A DNA stretch of 54,903 nt from Pelomyxa schiedti (lineage: Eukaryota > Protista > Evosea), in the NCBI GenBank assembly GCA_020536535.1, contig JAHLWZ010000238.1:1-54903 (forward strand), written 5' to 3'. Below the pieces are notes generated by a model that saw only the letters and a program-made list of their open reading frames with translations, made no database searches and was not told the DNA's origin. Position 1 is the first letter of the stretch, and every line of letters begins with the position of its first letter. Of this stretch, positions 1-13,366 are shown in pieces. Position numbers and translations under genes: made by a program.

Positions 1-102
1 TTCCTCCGTCTCCTCGTGAGGAAGATCTTCAGCCGGATGTGCGACACAAGATCCGCCCCTGCCCCCTCGCCCGCCTCGTCCGCCACCTCGATGCTTCGGC
101 AT
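1..102 (-). CDS. DENR: 5' end of a DENR/TMA22-like gene copy (runs off the window start)
   Basis: Reverse complement of 48178-48279; ATG at 102-100 gives MPKHRGGGRGGRGGRGGSCVAHPAEDLPHEETEE. Confidence 0.8.
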   Translation of the reverse strand, partial: MPKHRGGGRGGRGGRGGSCVAHPAEDLPHEETEE

Positions 103-257
103 TTGTACTTGGCAATTGATTTTGCTGTCACTAATTTCTTTTTTTTCTTGCCTTTCACCCGTCAAACGCAAATTAATTTGCCGGGAGCGAAAATCAGCAA
201 CACGAAACAAAACTAGAAAAACCAAACAAATACCCAGTAAGTTCGGTGTCGGTCGGG

Positions 258-1491
258 ATGCAGGCGTCTTTCATCAAGGTTGTTAGTGCGATTGTAATCC
301 CCCTGGAGTCTATTGCTGGGGCGTCTTTGCCCATGCTTTTCCGGGTGTGTTTTTTTTTACCCCCTTGGGTCTCCGTATGAGTTGACGTGATGCAGGGAAA
401 CGACTCCATGATGGAGCTTTTTAACACTGCCGCTGTTGGAGTCTTTATGGCGGTTGGTCTGTGCCACATGCTTGTTGATTCGGGTTAGCGCTACTTCACA
501 TTCACCTTCATCTCGACCTCACCACCCTTTTCTTTTTCTTTTCTTTTCTTTTGGTAGTGCACCTTACTGGGGATTTGCAGTTCCACAACTTCCCTCTCCC
601 CTTCTTCTTGTGTCTGGTTGGCTTCACTTTAGTATTGATTCTGGACCAAGTGGCATCCCTTCTTGGAGGTGCTCACAGCCATTCACATGGGCACTCCCAT
701 GAACACACCCATGAATACACCCACGAACACACACACGAACACAACCACGAGGAACATGAGCATCTCCACGATCACCATGACCATGATCAGGATCACGACC
801 ACGATCACGACCATGACCACCACCACGATGACGAGAACCCTGACCACACAAACCTCGAGGACATAGAAGTTGAACTAGACCCAGAACCCGTGTGCACCCA
901 CTGCTGCTGTACTATATCCAAAGCGCAGTTGAGAAAACTTCTGATTCGAATAACAAAAGCAGTGGCGTACACTCTGTCACTGTCAGTGCACAGCTTTATA
1001 TCTGGTATTGCCCTGGGGCTTCCAACCAAGGCCTCAGATGTGCTAGTCGTGCTTATAGCAGTTCTTGCACATGAATGGGCTGAAACAGCAGGGCTGAGTG
1101 CAGTTTATCAGAAGATGGGCTTTGGAAAGCAGGCCAGAATTTTTATGATTGTAGCTTACTCGTTTGTTACACCTTTCGGGCTCTTCGTTGGCTCCATGAT
1201 CTCTGCATCTGGGGTATGCCTTTCACATTGCATTCAAAACTTAGCTAAGTTGCTAACAAACACAAGGAATCTGCCCAAGTAGAAATAATTGAAGGTGTTC
1301 TCTTGGCAATTTCAGCCGGCACGGTTTGTAAACTCCAAATTTACTTAAATGTCACACATCCCCAGTTTCTCTATGGAGCCGCTGTAGAGTTGCTGCCCGT
1401 ATCACTCCTTGCCAAGCACAACAAATTAGCCAAGATAGCCATCTTTGTGACAAGTTTCACCCTCATTTCTTGTGTGTCCATCATTGCCTAA
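258..1491 (+). CDS. ZIP (SLC39) family zinc/iron transporter, intron-containing
   Basis: Spliced MQASFIKVVSAIVIPLESIAGASLP / MELFNTAAVGVFMAVGLCHML / FPLPFFLCLVGFTLVLILDQ, His-rich loop, TM4 LSVHSFISGIALG, TM5 VLAHEWAE, TPFG motif, AISAGT-FLY; stop 1489-1491. Confidence 0.92.
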
Positions 1492-1701
1492 ATCCCCACA
1501 CAACAATTGCTACAACCGTAGCACCATCCCCAACATCATACCAATACCATTAGACCCCAACCACCAACCGATTCGAGCCTAATTGCCGCGTCGGTTGTTC
1601 AAACCAAACAGTCTCGCAACAATTCAAAAACGAGTCAGTGTTATAGACAATTTGTTAAATTTTGGTCACACCTCACTGCCACACACAAGCACACAACAGC
1701 C

Positions 1702-3557
1702 ATGGCGAGCACCACGTCGATAACGACGAGCACAACGCCGGCAGGAGGTGCCAGTGAGATCGAGTACATGAGGTACCGTGCCAAGAAGGTGACTGGGCGC
1801 ACGTGGGTTGTGGTGGAGGACGACGTGCCCACGAGGCAGTACCCGTTCCTGTACGTGGTTATGGGAGACGACAAGTGCATTCTGATTGACACTGGCACTG
1901 GTGCGTCGCCGCTGCCGCTGGCGTTGTGTCTGCTCGTTCGTTCGTTCGTTCGTTTGGGGTGTTACTTGCCAATTGTGAATTGTGGGAGGGATTGTCCTAG
2001 GTGTATTAAATATACATACATTATGGTTTTTGTTTCAATGCAGGAAAGGGGGATTACAGACAGTTTTTGAGCACGTGCATTAACACTACACTTTTACCTT
2101 ATCTTGTTATATGTACACATGTACACTTTGATCACACTGGTATGGCAATGTTTTTATCCTCAAACGTAACCTTGTTGGGTTTTTTTTTTCTTCTTCTGTG
2201 CCCTCAGGTGGTAACTATCAGTTTCTCCCTGGTCTGATACCCCCTCCTTTTTCTGATTTATGACACCGAAATTTACTATGTGAAGGAGATGAAGAACTTT
2301 ATCCCCCTTCGCTTGGTATATGCATGAGTGGAAATAAAAAGGCTTTTTCGAATAACGTTGAAATTAATTCTCTTGCTCTCGGACATAAGTATTGCCACTT
2401 TTTTTTGTTATTGTCTAACAATCAAACAGTACGTCCGTGCAGCCCTTTGAAGTGAGCAGATGGTTGAATGAAGGTGATCTAATTTATCTCGATGATGCAA
2501 GAGAGGACCCAAATCTGGCTTTGAGAGTTAGTAACTGAAAATTGAAGCGTCAGTTGCATATCCACTCCCTTCTCTGTAGGTAATGATTACTCCTGGGCAT
2601 ACTCCAGATTCACTTTGCCTCCATGCTCCATTTGAGAGACGACTTTTTGTTGGAGATATGATATGTATGTTTTTGCCGGTTTCTTTGCTGGTGGTTTTAT
2701 GTGTCTAGATCCCTTTACAGTGGTGCACCTTGATTGCCTTGGCTCGGATGTGAGCGCCTACCAACAGTCTTTAACCAAGATTTCTGGGTTGATCACGGGC
2801 CTGAGTGCCACTATACCCCAGACCCCCGCTCCCGTACCGCAACCATCTCCAACGAAGGTATGCCATGCCTCACGTAGCACTTTATGTTCTGATTCTCCAG
2901 TAGCATATATTTGGACGTGATGCATTTTTCACAGCCACTGGGCTCGACCCCAATTCTGCTGCTATAAGCTTCAACGTCGATACTCTTCTCGAGATATGCG
3001 ATGGGTACCGATTCAACACAATCTAAATTTTCCCTGATGAAACTCTAATAATATCAACGTAGTTCGGTGGAAGTGGCCGTAGACACTTACCTGAACAACC
3101 CAAATGAAATATCTATGATTGCCCCGCCTTTAGAAACAACGTATTCACACCCGGCCAACACAACAAGTGCTAGTGCTGCAAGCGCAGCTAGTACTACAAC
3201 ACCGGCAAGTACTACCCCAGCTAGTACTGCAACGCCTGCTACTGCCACTGCCGGTTCATCTAGCACTACGGCTTCTATTGCAACAACACCAACTCATCCA
3301 ACTGTGGAGTTTCTTTCTTGTGGTATGTTCTCTTCCCTAAACTGTTACTTCTTTTTAATGACTCAAACATAGGGCATGTCGAAAGCAATTTAGAGGCAAC
3401 ATCGGCCTTAATGGAAGTGAGCAAACTGTTGGAACTTTCCATTTCCGGACACATTCCTGGACAAGCGGAAATAGGTGAAGCCAGTGTGGCTGAATACCGG
3501 CTGGGAAACTTTTCCCTTATGATGGCTAAGTATCAGTTACAACAACTGAGGTCTTAG
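1702..3557 (+). CDS. Metallo-beta-lactamase-fold hydrolase (MBLAC2-like) with Thr/Ala-rich insert
   Basis: LIDTGTG, THVHFDHTGGN (HxHxDH), TPGHTPDS and LFVGD motifs across several short introns; 3' exon structure approximate. Confidence 0.85.
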
Positions 3558-3686
3558 AAGACTGTTTGTTTTCTTATTCGCACCATTAGAAAAAAAAATT
3601 TTTTTTATCTTCTTCTATCTTCAAAGTTGATGAAGATGAACAATAGTGTGGCATTAGACACAGTTGGGTTCTATCACTACAATCTA

Positions 3687-6600
3687 CTACCAGCCCCCAC
3701 CATAATTTGGATTTCTTGGTGTTGATGTGGGTGGTGCTCCCCAGGAATCTGTGGATGTTGTTGTACTTGAGGTTGAAGATGATCCCCAGGTATCTGAATG
3801 CCTGGTTAGTAAATGTGTGTTGACTTGTAGCATTGAGTAACCTGGAGAATGAGCAGAATTCCCGGGCGCAGACGGAGATGAGGCGTTGTTACCCCAGCCT
3901 CCTACCCACTGAAAACGGGTTAGTTGGGAACAGGGAATGCGGAGACGTACACTTGCTGAACTGCTGCTACTGCTACTTCGAGGTGACTGTGCTCCAGAAT
4001 TTGGGCAGTCTCGAGCCATGTGCCCTGGGGCATTGCACTTGTAGCAATTTCTGCTGCGGCCTCCACCCCCACCCCCGCCCCCGCCACCACCCTCACCTTT
4101 TTTGGGGCAATCGCGAGACATATGGCCCATTTCTCCACAGGCATAGCAGGCCCCTCCTCTCCCCCGGCCTCTGCCCCCACCTCTTGGTGAACCCATGAAT
4201 TCACTCCTTCCAAAGGAAGATCTGGGGGGTGCACTGGAGTCTCCTCCAAATGAGTCTGATCTTTGTGAGCCTGAATTGTCATTTGTCCAGCCACCAGAAT
4301 TGCCAGAACCACTAGACCAGGCACCACTGGAACTCCCCTGGTTCCATCCACCTTGGTCACCTGTTCTTCCACTTGAATTCCACGTGTTGTCAAATCCACG
4401 AGATGTGCTGTTTGGTGCCGAAACTGGTGCAGAGGATGGGTAATTTGGTTTTGAAGTGACACTGCCACCCCACGCATCGGAACCTGAACTAGCACTTGTC
4501 CCTCCACCCCACGCACTTCCACCTGAATCTCCCCAAGTGTTGTTCCCACTTGGAGCAATGTTTGTGGGGCTTGTCAGAGGAACTGAGGATGCTGGCGCAT
4601 TGTTCCAGGGATCAGCTGTGAAAGGATCTAACAGAACAAGCCAGTGAGGAATGAAGAATGTAAATCTGGGAGGGAAACCTGTAGGAACTTGTGCTGGTGG
4701 GGGCCGTGGTTCCTGCCAGTGTTGCTTAAACCAATTGATAAGTTGGTCCATAGATTGATACACAGTTCCACGGAAGCGATATCCCTCTGGGGTGATAGTA
4801 ATGAACTACAACCCGTTCAGAAAACGAAGAAAGGAAAAACCATGCACCTCTGTTCTGGGTCTCAAGTTTGGCATATAAGACAAGACTAACCGGCCAGGAT
4901 GTTCTGTTGAGATACTGATGTAATACGGTATTCTTTTTGGATTCTCTGTTTTATCTTTCTGAAGTAGTCCATCTGTGGACACTTTATTGTAAAAGAGGTA
5001 ATTGAAATTGTTAACTACAAACTTATACGATTTTGATCAAGGCCGCGGAACACTTTGTATTCAACTGCTTCAGTAACAAAGTTGTTCATAGGATCAATGA
5101 ATCTACTGATAATTTCATTCAGATCCCCAAATTTTCGTCCAGCAAGTGTAAGTGTATGTCCAATTGCCATCTCATAGGGCTTGTCTTCCTCCAAGATACC
5201 TATACGAGAGTTTGCAGTGTGAAGCAATGATTAAACTGCAAACTGAAATGCACGTAGACATCATCATAAAACTTCCAGGTTAACGACAGTTGGTCATTGC
5301 GGGACGCACTGGGTCGAATAATCACCTCACCATAGGGTTGCCCTTCAAGGCACTTCAATGCTGCACCTGCAGGAATATTTTTGAACTGTGGGTGCACAAC
5401 ATCTCTAACTCTAAGTATTTTTTGGGTGACAACATGTTCTACAAGAAGTTAGTTCTCACTTGGGACCACCATAAGCAAACCTCTTTTTTCTTCTGAATTT
5501 ACAACATAGCAATAGTAAGTAACAGTGGATGTAAGAATGAAAGTAGAACCTATATTCCTGGTTGCTGAGCTGAGCTCTTCAGCCACATTGGCATATTTAT
5601 CCATCTGTGCAACCTCCCGCCAGATCGTTATCTCCTCAGCTCGGTCACGCAGCTCATTTAATTTGCAGGACAACCGCACACTGAAGTTGACATAGTCAAT
5701 ATTCTCTAGTTTGCACTGAAGAACAGTATCTAGTAAAGGGTATTGAGGAAAGCTCCGGGGGAACGGGGCGGTACTTGGTGCTGCAATATCATGGAGTCGA
5801 GGTTTCCTTCCATCGACATCATCGAACTTGAGAATTTTTCACTTGCTAAAAAATACTGAATGTAGGGTACCTCCGCTTCATCTATCTCAGCAAACAAGTC
5901 TCCTTCAATTTTTCCCTGAACAGATTTACTGTCATCAAGAATTTTAATTTTCTCTGATCTGAATGTGACAATCTGTCCCCGTTGAAGGGTTTCTTCTGTG
6001 TAGCCCTGCAAAAATTTTAAGAAACATTCGGACAAGAGAAATTAAGAGGAGAAAGCGTAGTGTGGAAAGGAATCGAAGTCTATACCGTCAACAAGGTAAA
6101 CACTTGCTTTTGTCCTAGATCTGTATAAGGCTCTCGTCTGCATGCAAAGGGAGCATTTAGCTCTTCTTTGATTTGATGCAGGATCTGTAAACGTTTTCCT
6201 AAACCCATTTCTTCCAATTGGCGGGCATACTCCTCAATATCTAGGTACCTTGCCATTAATTTCAATTTTATAAAAGAATTACTTTCGTACCAATAGAGTC
6301 AAGTCTAGAGGGTGCTGCCATGATATCTAACACTGCTTGGGCAGTACTGTTGTCATCAATATCTAATGCAGCAGTGACCATCCTACGTGCAATAGGATAG
6401 TGCTCTGGGTGAATTCGTGTATCATCAAAAGCCTCTTGATAAAAAAAATTAATTCCCGTTTTTGTTGGAAGTAGAAATACCAAGCTTCTCGTTGTTTCGG
6501 AAGTACTTGTCTCGGATGCGCAGAAATCCGGCACAGTTTGTATACACACAAGGAGTAGAGGAAAGAATTTCTTTAATTTGAGCACGACTTGATATAAGTC

Positions 6601-9600
6601 CACCCTTCGTGTGTAAATATCAAAAGACACTAAGAGGAAATTACCCTATTCACCATGGCCTGCAACAAGCCTTCAGCCTTTCTGGGTCCCAAACCAGCAA
6701 CAAACTGAAGAACCGAGGTTGCATGTTTGTGTGAGGCTAATCGATTAAGGTCGACTCCTGTGGCATTAACTATGTTGATGAACGAACGGTGTAACATCCC
6801 CAGCAAGTAGTCGGCTCTCACCTTCTACAAGGAGGATAATTTTAAAATATTGTGTACTTATCAGTAGCCTGTACCTTGATGTACTCCTGTTGAGGATCCA
6901 AGTTCAAACTCAAAAGTGTGTTACTATCAGGAGACACAAGAGAAGAATAGTGTGCAACAGGATCTTGCAAACTACGCCCACATGAAACGGCTTGTCTGAT
7001 ATGATAGGTTAAATGAAGTAAACAACTCAACAACAGTAACCTGAATACTGAAGTGAACTCTGGAAATTCGGACATCCCATTTACAGACATTGAATATATC
7101 TTGGCAACAGTGGGGTCAACATAACAAACATGAGGCTTGGAGCCTATAGGCGTTTGCTCCTCGGACCAATTTGACTGACCCTCCCACATCTCATCAACAA
7201 GTGAAGACACATCCGTAAAGAGACGCCGGGATTCGAGGCCTTGTGCTGCAATTCCAATGACAATGGGATGGTGGGCTGCCACAAGACCCCTTAGTAAATC
7301 CAGTAATTAAACAAGCAAAGATAAAACTAGAATTAAAAACCTAAGGTCTTTAAAGTCGTTAAAACGTTTCTGGGAATCTAATGGCAATGCAGAAAGATTC
7401 TCCTTGGAGGTGCGGGCCTGGATAAATCAATATGAAAGATGGAATAATTGGGAACCACCATAAAAGGGTAATCTTCACTTGGATTCTCAAGCCATTTTAG
7501 AAAACGGCTATCAACAAGCTCTCCTTCAGGATCTGGTGAATGTGAAAATGGAAAAGGGGTGGAGAAATTTGTTAACCAAGTACAACGGCAACGGAAGGGG
7601 CAGTTTGCATTCCAAGACAAATAGCGACAACTGATTCCTGTGTGTTTTCTCCATTCTTTTGGAAAGGGCTCTGGGACAATTTTTTTTCTAAAGCTGTTGC
7701 AGCTTGATGGGCCACCCTAAAATTGGTTACTAGAGTGGTTTTGTTAGACCTACAACCTGTTACTTGCTTGTGTGAAGTAAAACTGTCTTGCCTCGCGTTC
7801 CAAGAATGGGAACAAGTGTGACGTAACGCATTCCCTTAAAAAAAGTGTTCATACGTATTAAATAATTGTAGGTGTACAACCTCAGGACTTGTGTTCGTTG
7901 ATCATTCCAAGCTGCTGCTTCGGCACTAAATCCAGTACTCAAATAGTTTGTTTTCATTTCTTCAAACATCCGATTAAAGTTCTCTGTTTCCATAGTAATT
8001 TTTACTTTAATAAGTCCCTTTGACATGATCAGAAGTTGAAGAATACGTCAATTGGGATTTGATGAATACCTCCTCTTCTGCCTGCTGGATAAGTAAATAA
8101 CTGGTATCTTTGAGAAGTAGCTCCATTGGTTTCTCCTGAAGATGTTTGACACTCTGAGAGATGTTAAGTACACATAAATGAAATTTCTGGACAAAAACTT
8201 TAAATGTATGGAAAGCGTCAATTTCTTTCTGGCCCTTGGGAGTTGGTGTCGTTGATATAACCAGACTCTTCCTGTAGATCAAGCGAACCCAGTTCCGAAA
8301 TTGGGGCTCATGTGCAATTTCTTTTGCCAGTATGTGCCGGGCTCCTGGCTTTTACTGAGATAATAAAGAAAGGATGTGCTGAGTGTACCTGCAAGAACTT
8401 GAACCACAGTGCTGCATACTGGTGAGACATGCCGTATAGCCAGTAGTTCAGGAATGTCAGGGGGATCTTCGGGTTCATGTTTCTTTTTTGTGTAAATACA
8501 AACAAAAAAATAAACACTTCACCATACCCTTACAGTACATATGTTTTCACTCAACTGTTCGGAGGTCAAGGAGAAGGCAACTGCCAACTGGTCAAGGTGG
8601 GCGTCTTTAAATCTTTGATAGCTGCTGCGCCTTGTAGGTCTCTTAACCCTTAGGTATGTAAATACAGGAGGGGAAACAATGAATAAAAACTTTGGAGCCG
8701 CCATGAGTTCTGGGTTGTGCAATTCTAAGTAAGCATGAACATCCAGTACTTCTTCCTGTTGGAAGTTTTAACTGGTGCACTCGTTTGGTTTTAAGAACGC
8801 CCTTATAGATAAAATACCTCTGTGCTGCACTTAAGCATTGCCGAGTAACGTGCCGTGATCTGTTCATCAGGAATCTATACATCGTTATACACGAGCTTCC
8901 CGATTTTATATTGTTACCATTTGAGCGGTGAGCATTCTTTTTACAGTTTGCTTCACATTCAACATGTGAATGTAGATTTCGTCATCGTCATATATATTCC
9001 AAAGATCATTGGCTGTGATCTCTGGGAAAATGAAATCCTTCAGAGCACAAATGAAAAAAAATGTGATCTAGAAAAAGAAGTACCTTTTTATAGTGCTGTA
9101 TGTATGGAACTTCGAAGTGCTCAGTGTGGAGGAAATTCAGAACTGAGTGTATTTTTGGTACTACTTTATCCTTGATGATTAAGACTTCGCTCTGATTCGC
9201 ATCCTCCCGACTTTTGAACAGACGTTGATAAATCCACTCCGCTTCTTTTAGTGGGTTCTCTGATGGTTGTCAGAGTATGTTTAAGTAGAATGAAACTCTT
9301 ACTCGCATGTTTAACGTGCTGCGATTTGGGGAATCTTAGTTGAAGTCGTTCGGGTTGATCGTGGTCCCTTATTGCTCTATCCTCTGGCGTTATCAGCCTT
9401 TCTTTTATAAGACTTGGTTCAAAGACTTCCTGTATGGAAGATAGACGTCGTTCATCTTCATTCTGAAAGGAAATGAGTTGATGCCAATATTCGCAAAGAG
9501 AATAAAATGAGGCCAGGTGCACAAGATACCTCTTGCTCATCACCATATGAGACATTTTCAATGTAACCAGTAACTTCATCACCAAAAATTTGAGAGGCTA

Positions 9601-10400
9601 CTTCAAGTTTGGACGATGAGGCACCCTGGTATATGCTTCCATCTGGACGAGACACTGCTCTATAGTATTTTAACGTTTAATAGGAAAGTGGGAAAAACTA
9701 CCCTGCTGTGTCAACTATAAAGTTTTTCATGTCATCTTCATCCCCTGGTGCTGGTTCCACTTGTTCATTTTCTTCAGGTGGTGTCAAGATGTATATAAAA
9801 AGAAACTAAACTATACCAAAAAGTTGTTCCTCAATAGTGGTAGCATTTGTAGGATTTGTTCCACGTTGAAGGCGCTTGAGCCGAGGTCTTTTGGGCCCCT
9901 ACGTGGAGTGAGCATGTTATTGTCATTAGTTCTGAAGTTACTCCAGCTCTTTGTGGCTGAGCTTCCTCAATGAGGGCAATGTCCTCTTCATCAAGGGCTT
10001 GGTGCTGCCTGGGCCGTTTGTGTCTGTGCTTGCGCCCTTCCCCTTCTTGCCCTGTACCACCAGCCTCTGTTTCTTGTGCATTGGCCTCTTCATTTTCGGG
10101 TGCACTGTTGCCGCCGGTTTCAGTTTCACCCACAGTGGGACCACCCTCTTTGTTGGGTTGTCTGGGCCCCTGAGGAGGTCTTCGATGATGTTGTCGCTGC
10201 GCTTCTCCTCCATCCTCCGCTTCTTCAACAACGTCGTCGTCATTTACCACAAAATCGTCTTTTTCGTAGGCGTCGTCTTGTGGGTCGTCGTCGTCTTCGT
10301 CGTCGAGGTCTTCACCACTCACAGGTTCGGCGTTATCTTGCGCTTTTCAAGTGTGAATAGAGTAAACCACTGATACGTAGATCTGCATACCGTCTCCCAT
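3687..10400 (-). CDS. SPT6: Transcription elongation factor Spt6 with GW/WG-rich, CCHC-knuckle C-terminal extension
   Basis: Acidic N-terminus ([12 protein letters not shown]), [60 protein letters not shown]1 region and tandem SH2 (HPQFKN...IIRPS...LSLTWK); many introns; ATG at 10400 inferred. Confidence 0.93.
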
Positions 10401-10735
10401 TGTTTGTGCGGCACAGTTAACTACCAACTACGCAAAGGGAAAAAAAAACAAAAAATAATTAACAAACACAAAACTTCGTTCTCCAATAAGAAAAAGACAG
10501 TAGTTGCCTGCGCGTTGTTACTTGGCCCGAGCTGGAACAAAGGGAAAATTGAATTAACTTGACAATTCGGCCATGTCTTTCTGATCAAATCCTGGAGAAC
10601 TTCATCCTCAGCACATTCATCTGGAGACAACTGGTCCACGTGGGCACACTCCTCCCTCTGAGGAACAAGTCCGAGGACCAACCCAGGGACGAATTTCCGC
10701 AAATTAAAGCAACAAAGTGCACTTGATTGTGGGAG

Positions 10736-11755
10736 ATGGCGTCAATACGGGCGGTACCCAAGCACATCGAGCGAAAGGCGGACGAGTATTGTCACAATCT
10801 TGAGGGACTGGAAGCCTCTTGGGCAAAGAGAGCCTTTCACTATGCCGAAAAACACGAAGTGCTTTTTTTTTTTTTGTTTTTCTTTTGTTTTTTTCCCCTT
10901 CGTTTGCGTGTTGTTTTGTTCTCATTACGGTTTAGGAGTTTTTGCGAGGGGTACCCGTCAATGCTTCTATTGATTTGTCTGGAGGGTATTTTTTTTGTTT
11001 TTTTTCTTTTGCTGTTATTTTGCCAATTACCCTCTTGGTTAACTTACCTTAGACATGATCAGCAAATATACGTAAAATTCAAGGCTCATTTTGCTGGCCC
11101 TGGTGCAGGTGGTGTTCTGGGTGTGTGGGGAACCGTTCCCGGTTTCATTACTGAGGACGTAATAAAATCACTTGAAAGCAAAAATCTGTGGCGACCATTT
11201 TGCATGCAATTCGAAAATGTAATTGAGGATTACAACATGGGGACACTTCTTCGACTCGACCCAACTAAGGGCTACAGCCAGGAAAATACAACAATAGGTC
11301 ATTTTCCTTCCCTTTGCTTAATATGTTTTTTTAATTTTGATATAAATTTACCTCACCAACGCAGTGCCTGTGTTGTTTGTACTGTTTTGTTTTGCGTTTG
11401 TTTAGCTCCAAGAATACAGTTTCTTGCAGTGGAGATTGCCCGTAACGTTGAAGGAATAAATGACTCTATCCGCACCCCAAGGAAAGGTAACTAAGTATGA
11501 TAATTCACAAGCAAAACAACACTAACAACCACTTAGAGGGAGCTGATGGACAAGTATATCGCCTATATATTTGCTGTGTTTGTGGTGAGCCCGCTCCATT
11601 CCGTTGTGCTCGCTGCAAGTTAGCCAGATACTGTTCCAGAGAGTGCCAAAGTATGCAAAATCCTTGTCTCAATGCCAATTATTTTCGAGTGTTCTAACCC
11701 AAACAAAACAGCTCGAGACTGGAAAAAGCACAAGGCCTCGTGTGGTGAAGTGTAA
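10736..11755 (+). CDS. PBDC1: PBDC1-like (polysaccharide biosynthesis domain) protein with C-terminal MYND zinc finger
   Basis: WRPFCMQFENVIEDYNMGTLLRLDPTKGYSQENT...PRIQFLAVEIARNVEGIND is the PBDC1 signature; followed by CCVCGEPAPFRCARCKLARYCSRECQ..DWKKHKASC. Confidence 0.85.
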
Positions 11756-11935
11756 GGGAAAAAAAAAAGAAAAAGCAACTGAACGCAGGCACAGTGAAAG
11801 AAACAAAAATTTAAACGAGTTCAATTTCATCTCGTTCCACAATTTTTTTTCGTTTAAAGGCAAAAACCTCTTGACAAGTTGTTCAAGATTTCTTTTTACA
11901 TAAAAAAAACAAAAACCCCAACAACAAAGTCAGAG

Positions 11936-13284
11936 ATGGCCACGAGCACACCAACGACAACTGCGACAACCACCGGCCCCAACATCTTCATTACGGGCGC
12001 ATTGGGTCAGATCGGCACTGAACTCATCCCCTATTTGCGCAAGTTGTACGGCACTGAGAACGTGACTGCCTCTGATGTTATCAAGCCACGCGAGCCTGGT
12101 ATGTTTTTTTTTTTTTTCGCGTCTGTGTGTTTTGGAAGCGTAGTTGAAAGTTTTCTTTTTTTTTTTTGTCTCATTCGTGTTTCCCTTCAAGGAACCATGG
12201 AGCCATTCATGTACCTCAATTGCATGGATAAGGAGTCACTGAACGCTGCAATGGTGAACAAGAGAGTCACCTGGTTGATCCACAATGCTGCACTTCTCAG
12301 TGCAAGTGGTATGGCCTTAAGGTTATCTATGACTTTTTTCCAACAGCTATCCAGGTGAGGCCAACCCCCAGAAATGCATGGATGTTAACATCGTTGGTGC
12401 TATGAATGCTCTTGAGGCCGCAAGGGTCCACGGGTTTGCTCTTTGTCCTTTGTGGAATTCCAATTCATCTATCCCATAGAGTCCGTATCCTTGCTCCCTC
12501 TAGCATTGCTGCTTTTGGCCCAGATTCTCTTCCAAAGGACCTTACACCTGATGTTTGTGTGCTCCGCCCAACCTCAATTTACGGTAGACACTTTATTGGG
12601 TATTTTTTTGTTCTTACCTGTTCAGGTATCTCCAAGGTCTACCTTGAGATGCTCGGGTCTTACTACTTCCGCAAGTTCGGGGTTGACTTCAGGTCACTGA
12701 GGTACCCTGGAATCATCTCTTGGGCTGTTTGTCCAAGCGGTGGCACAACTGACTATGCCACTGAGATGTTTTACTTTGCTCTTCAGAACAAGCCCTATGT
12801 GTGCCCACTCCAAGGTTGGCAGTCCAAAAAAAACAAACCCTAATGGTGTGTAGAGGACACACCCCTTCCATTCATGTACATGGATGATTGCATTCTTGCT
12901 ACTCACAATCTCCTTGCTGCTCCCCGCGAGAGGCTCACCCAATGTGTTTACAACGTAAATGGATTCTGCATGACACCAAAGCAGCTTGAAGTTGAAATCA
13001 AGAAGGAGATTCCCGACTTCAAGTAACCTTTACCAACCGTCCTCTCTTCCTTACCTTTCCAAAGGGTTACCTACTCTCCATGCCCCATCCGCCAAAAGAT
13101 TGCAGAGTCTTGGCCACACAGCCTTGATGATACCAATGCCCAGAGGGATTGGGACTGGCGCCCCAAGTTCGGAATCAAGGAAATGGTTGCTGGTATGCTT
13201 AGCCTGTGTTATAACTTTCTCTTATTCCCACCAGTTATGTTCGCCAACTTGCGCCCTATTCTCTGCAAAACCGGCTCTTCTTAA
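11936..13284 (+). CDS. TDH: L-threonine 3-dehydrogenase (NAD-dependent epimerase/SDR type)
   Basis: [41 protein letters not shown] (YxxxK), [27 protein letters not shown]. Confidence 0.92.
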
Positions 13285-13366
13285 AGCCAAACCATTTTGT
13301 TGTCCAGTGGGTCATTCTGAAAGTAAGGAAAAATCGAAGTTATGCAACCAAATTGGTTTTTTTCTT

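Noticed and set aside
985-1010. ZIP TM4 HSFISG lacks the acidic residue of HxxxEG
   Set aside because: Non-acidic residues at this position occur in functional plant/fungal ZIPs (e.g. HSVxIG); not unusual.
4763-10322. Many in-frame stops in conserved genes suggesting an alternative genetic code or readthrough
   Set aside because: Where checked, the stops fall within short GT-AG introns, and the spliced frames are open under the standard code.
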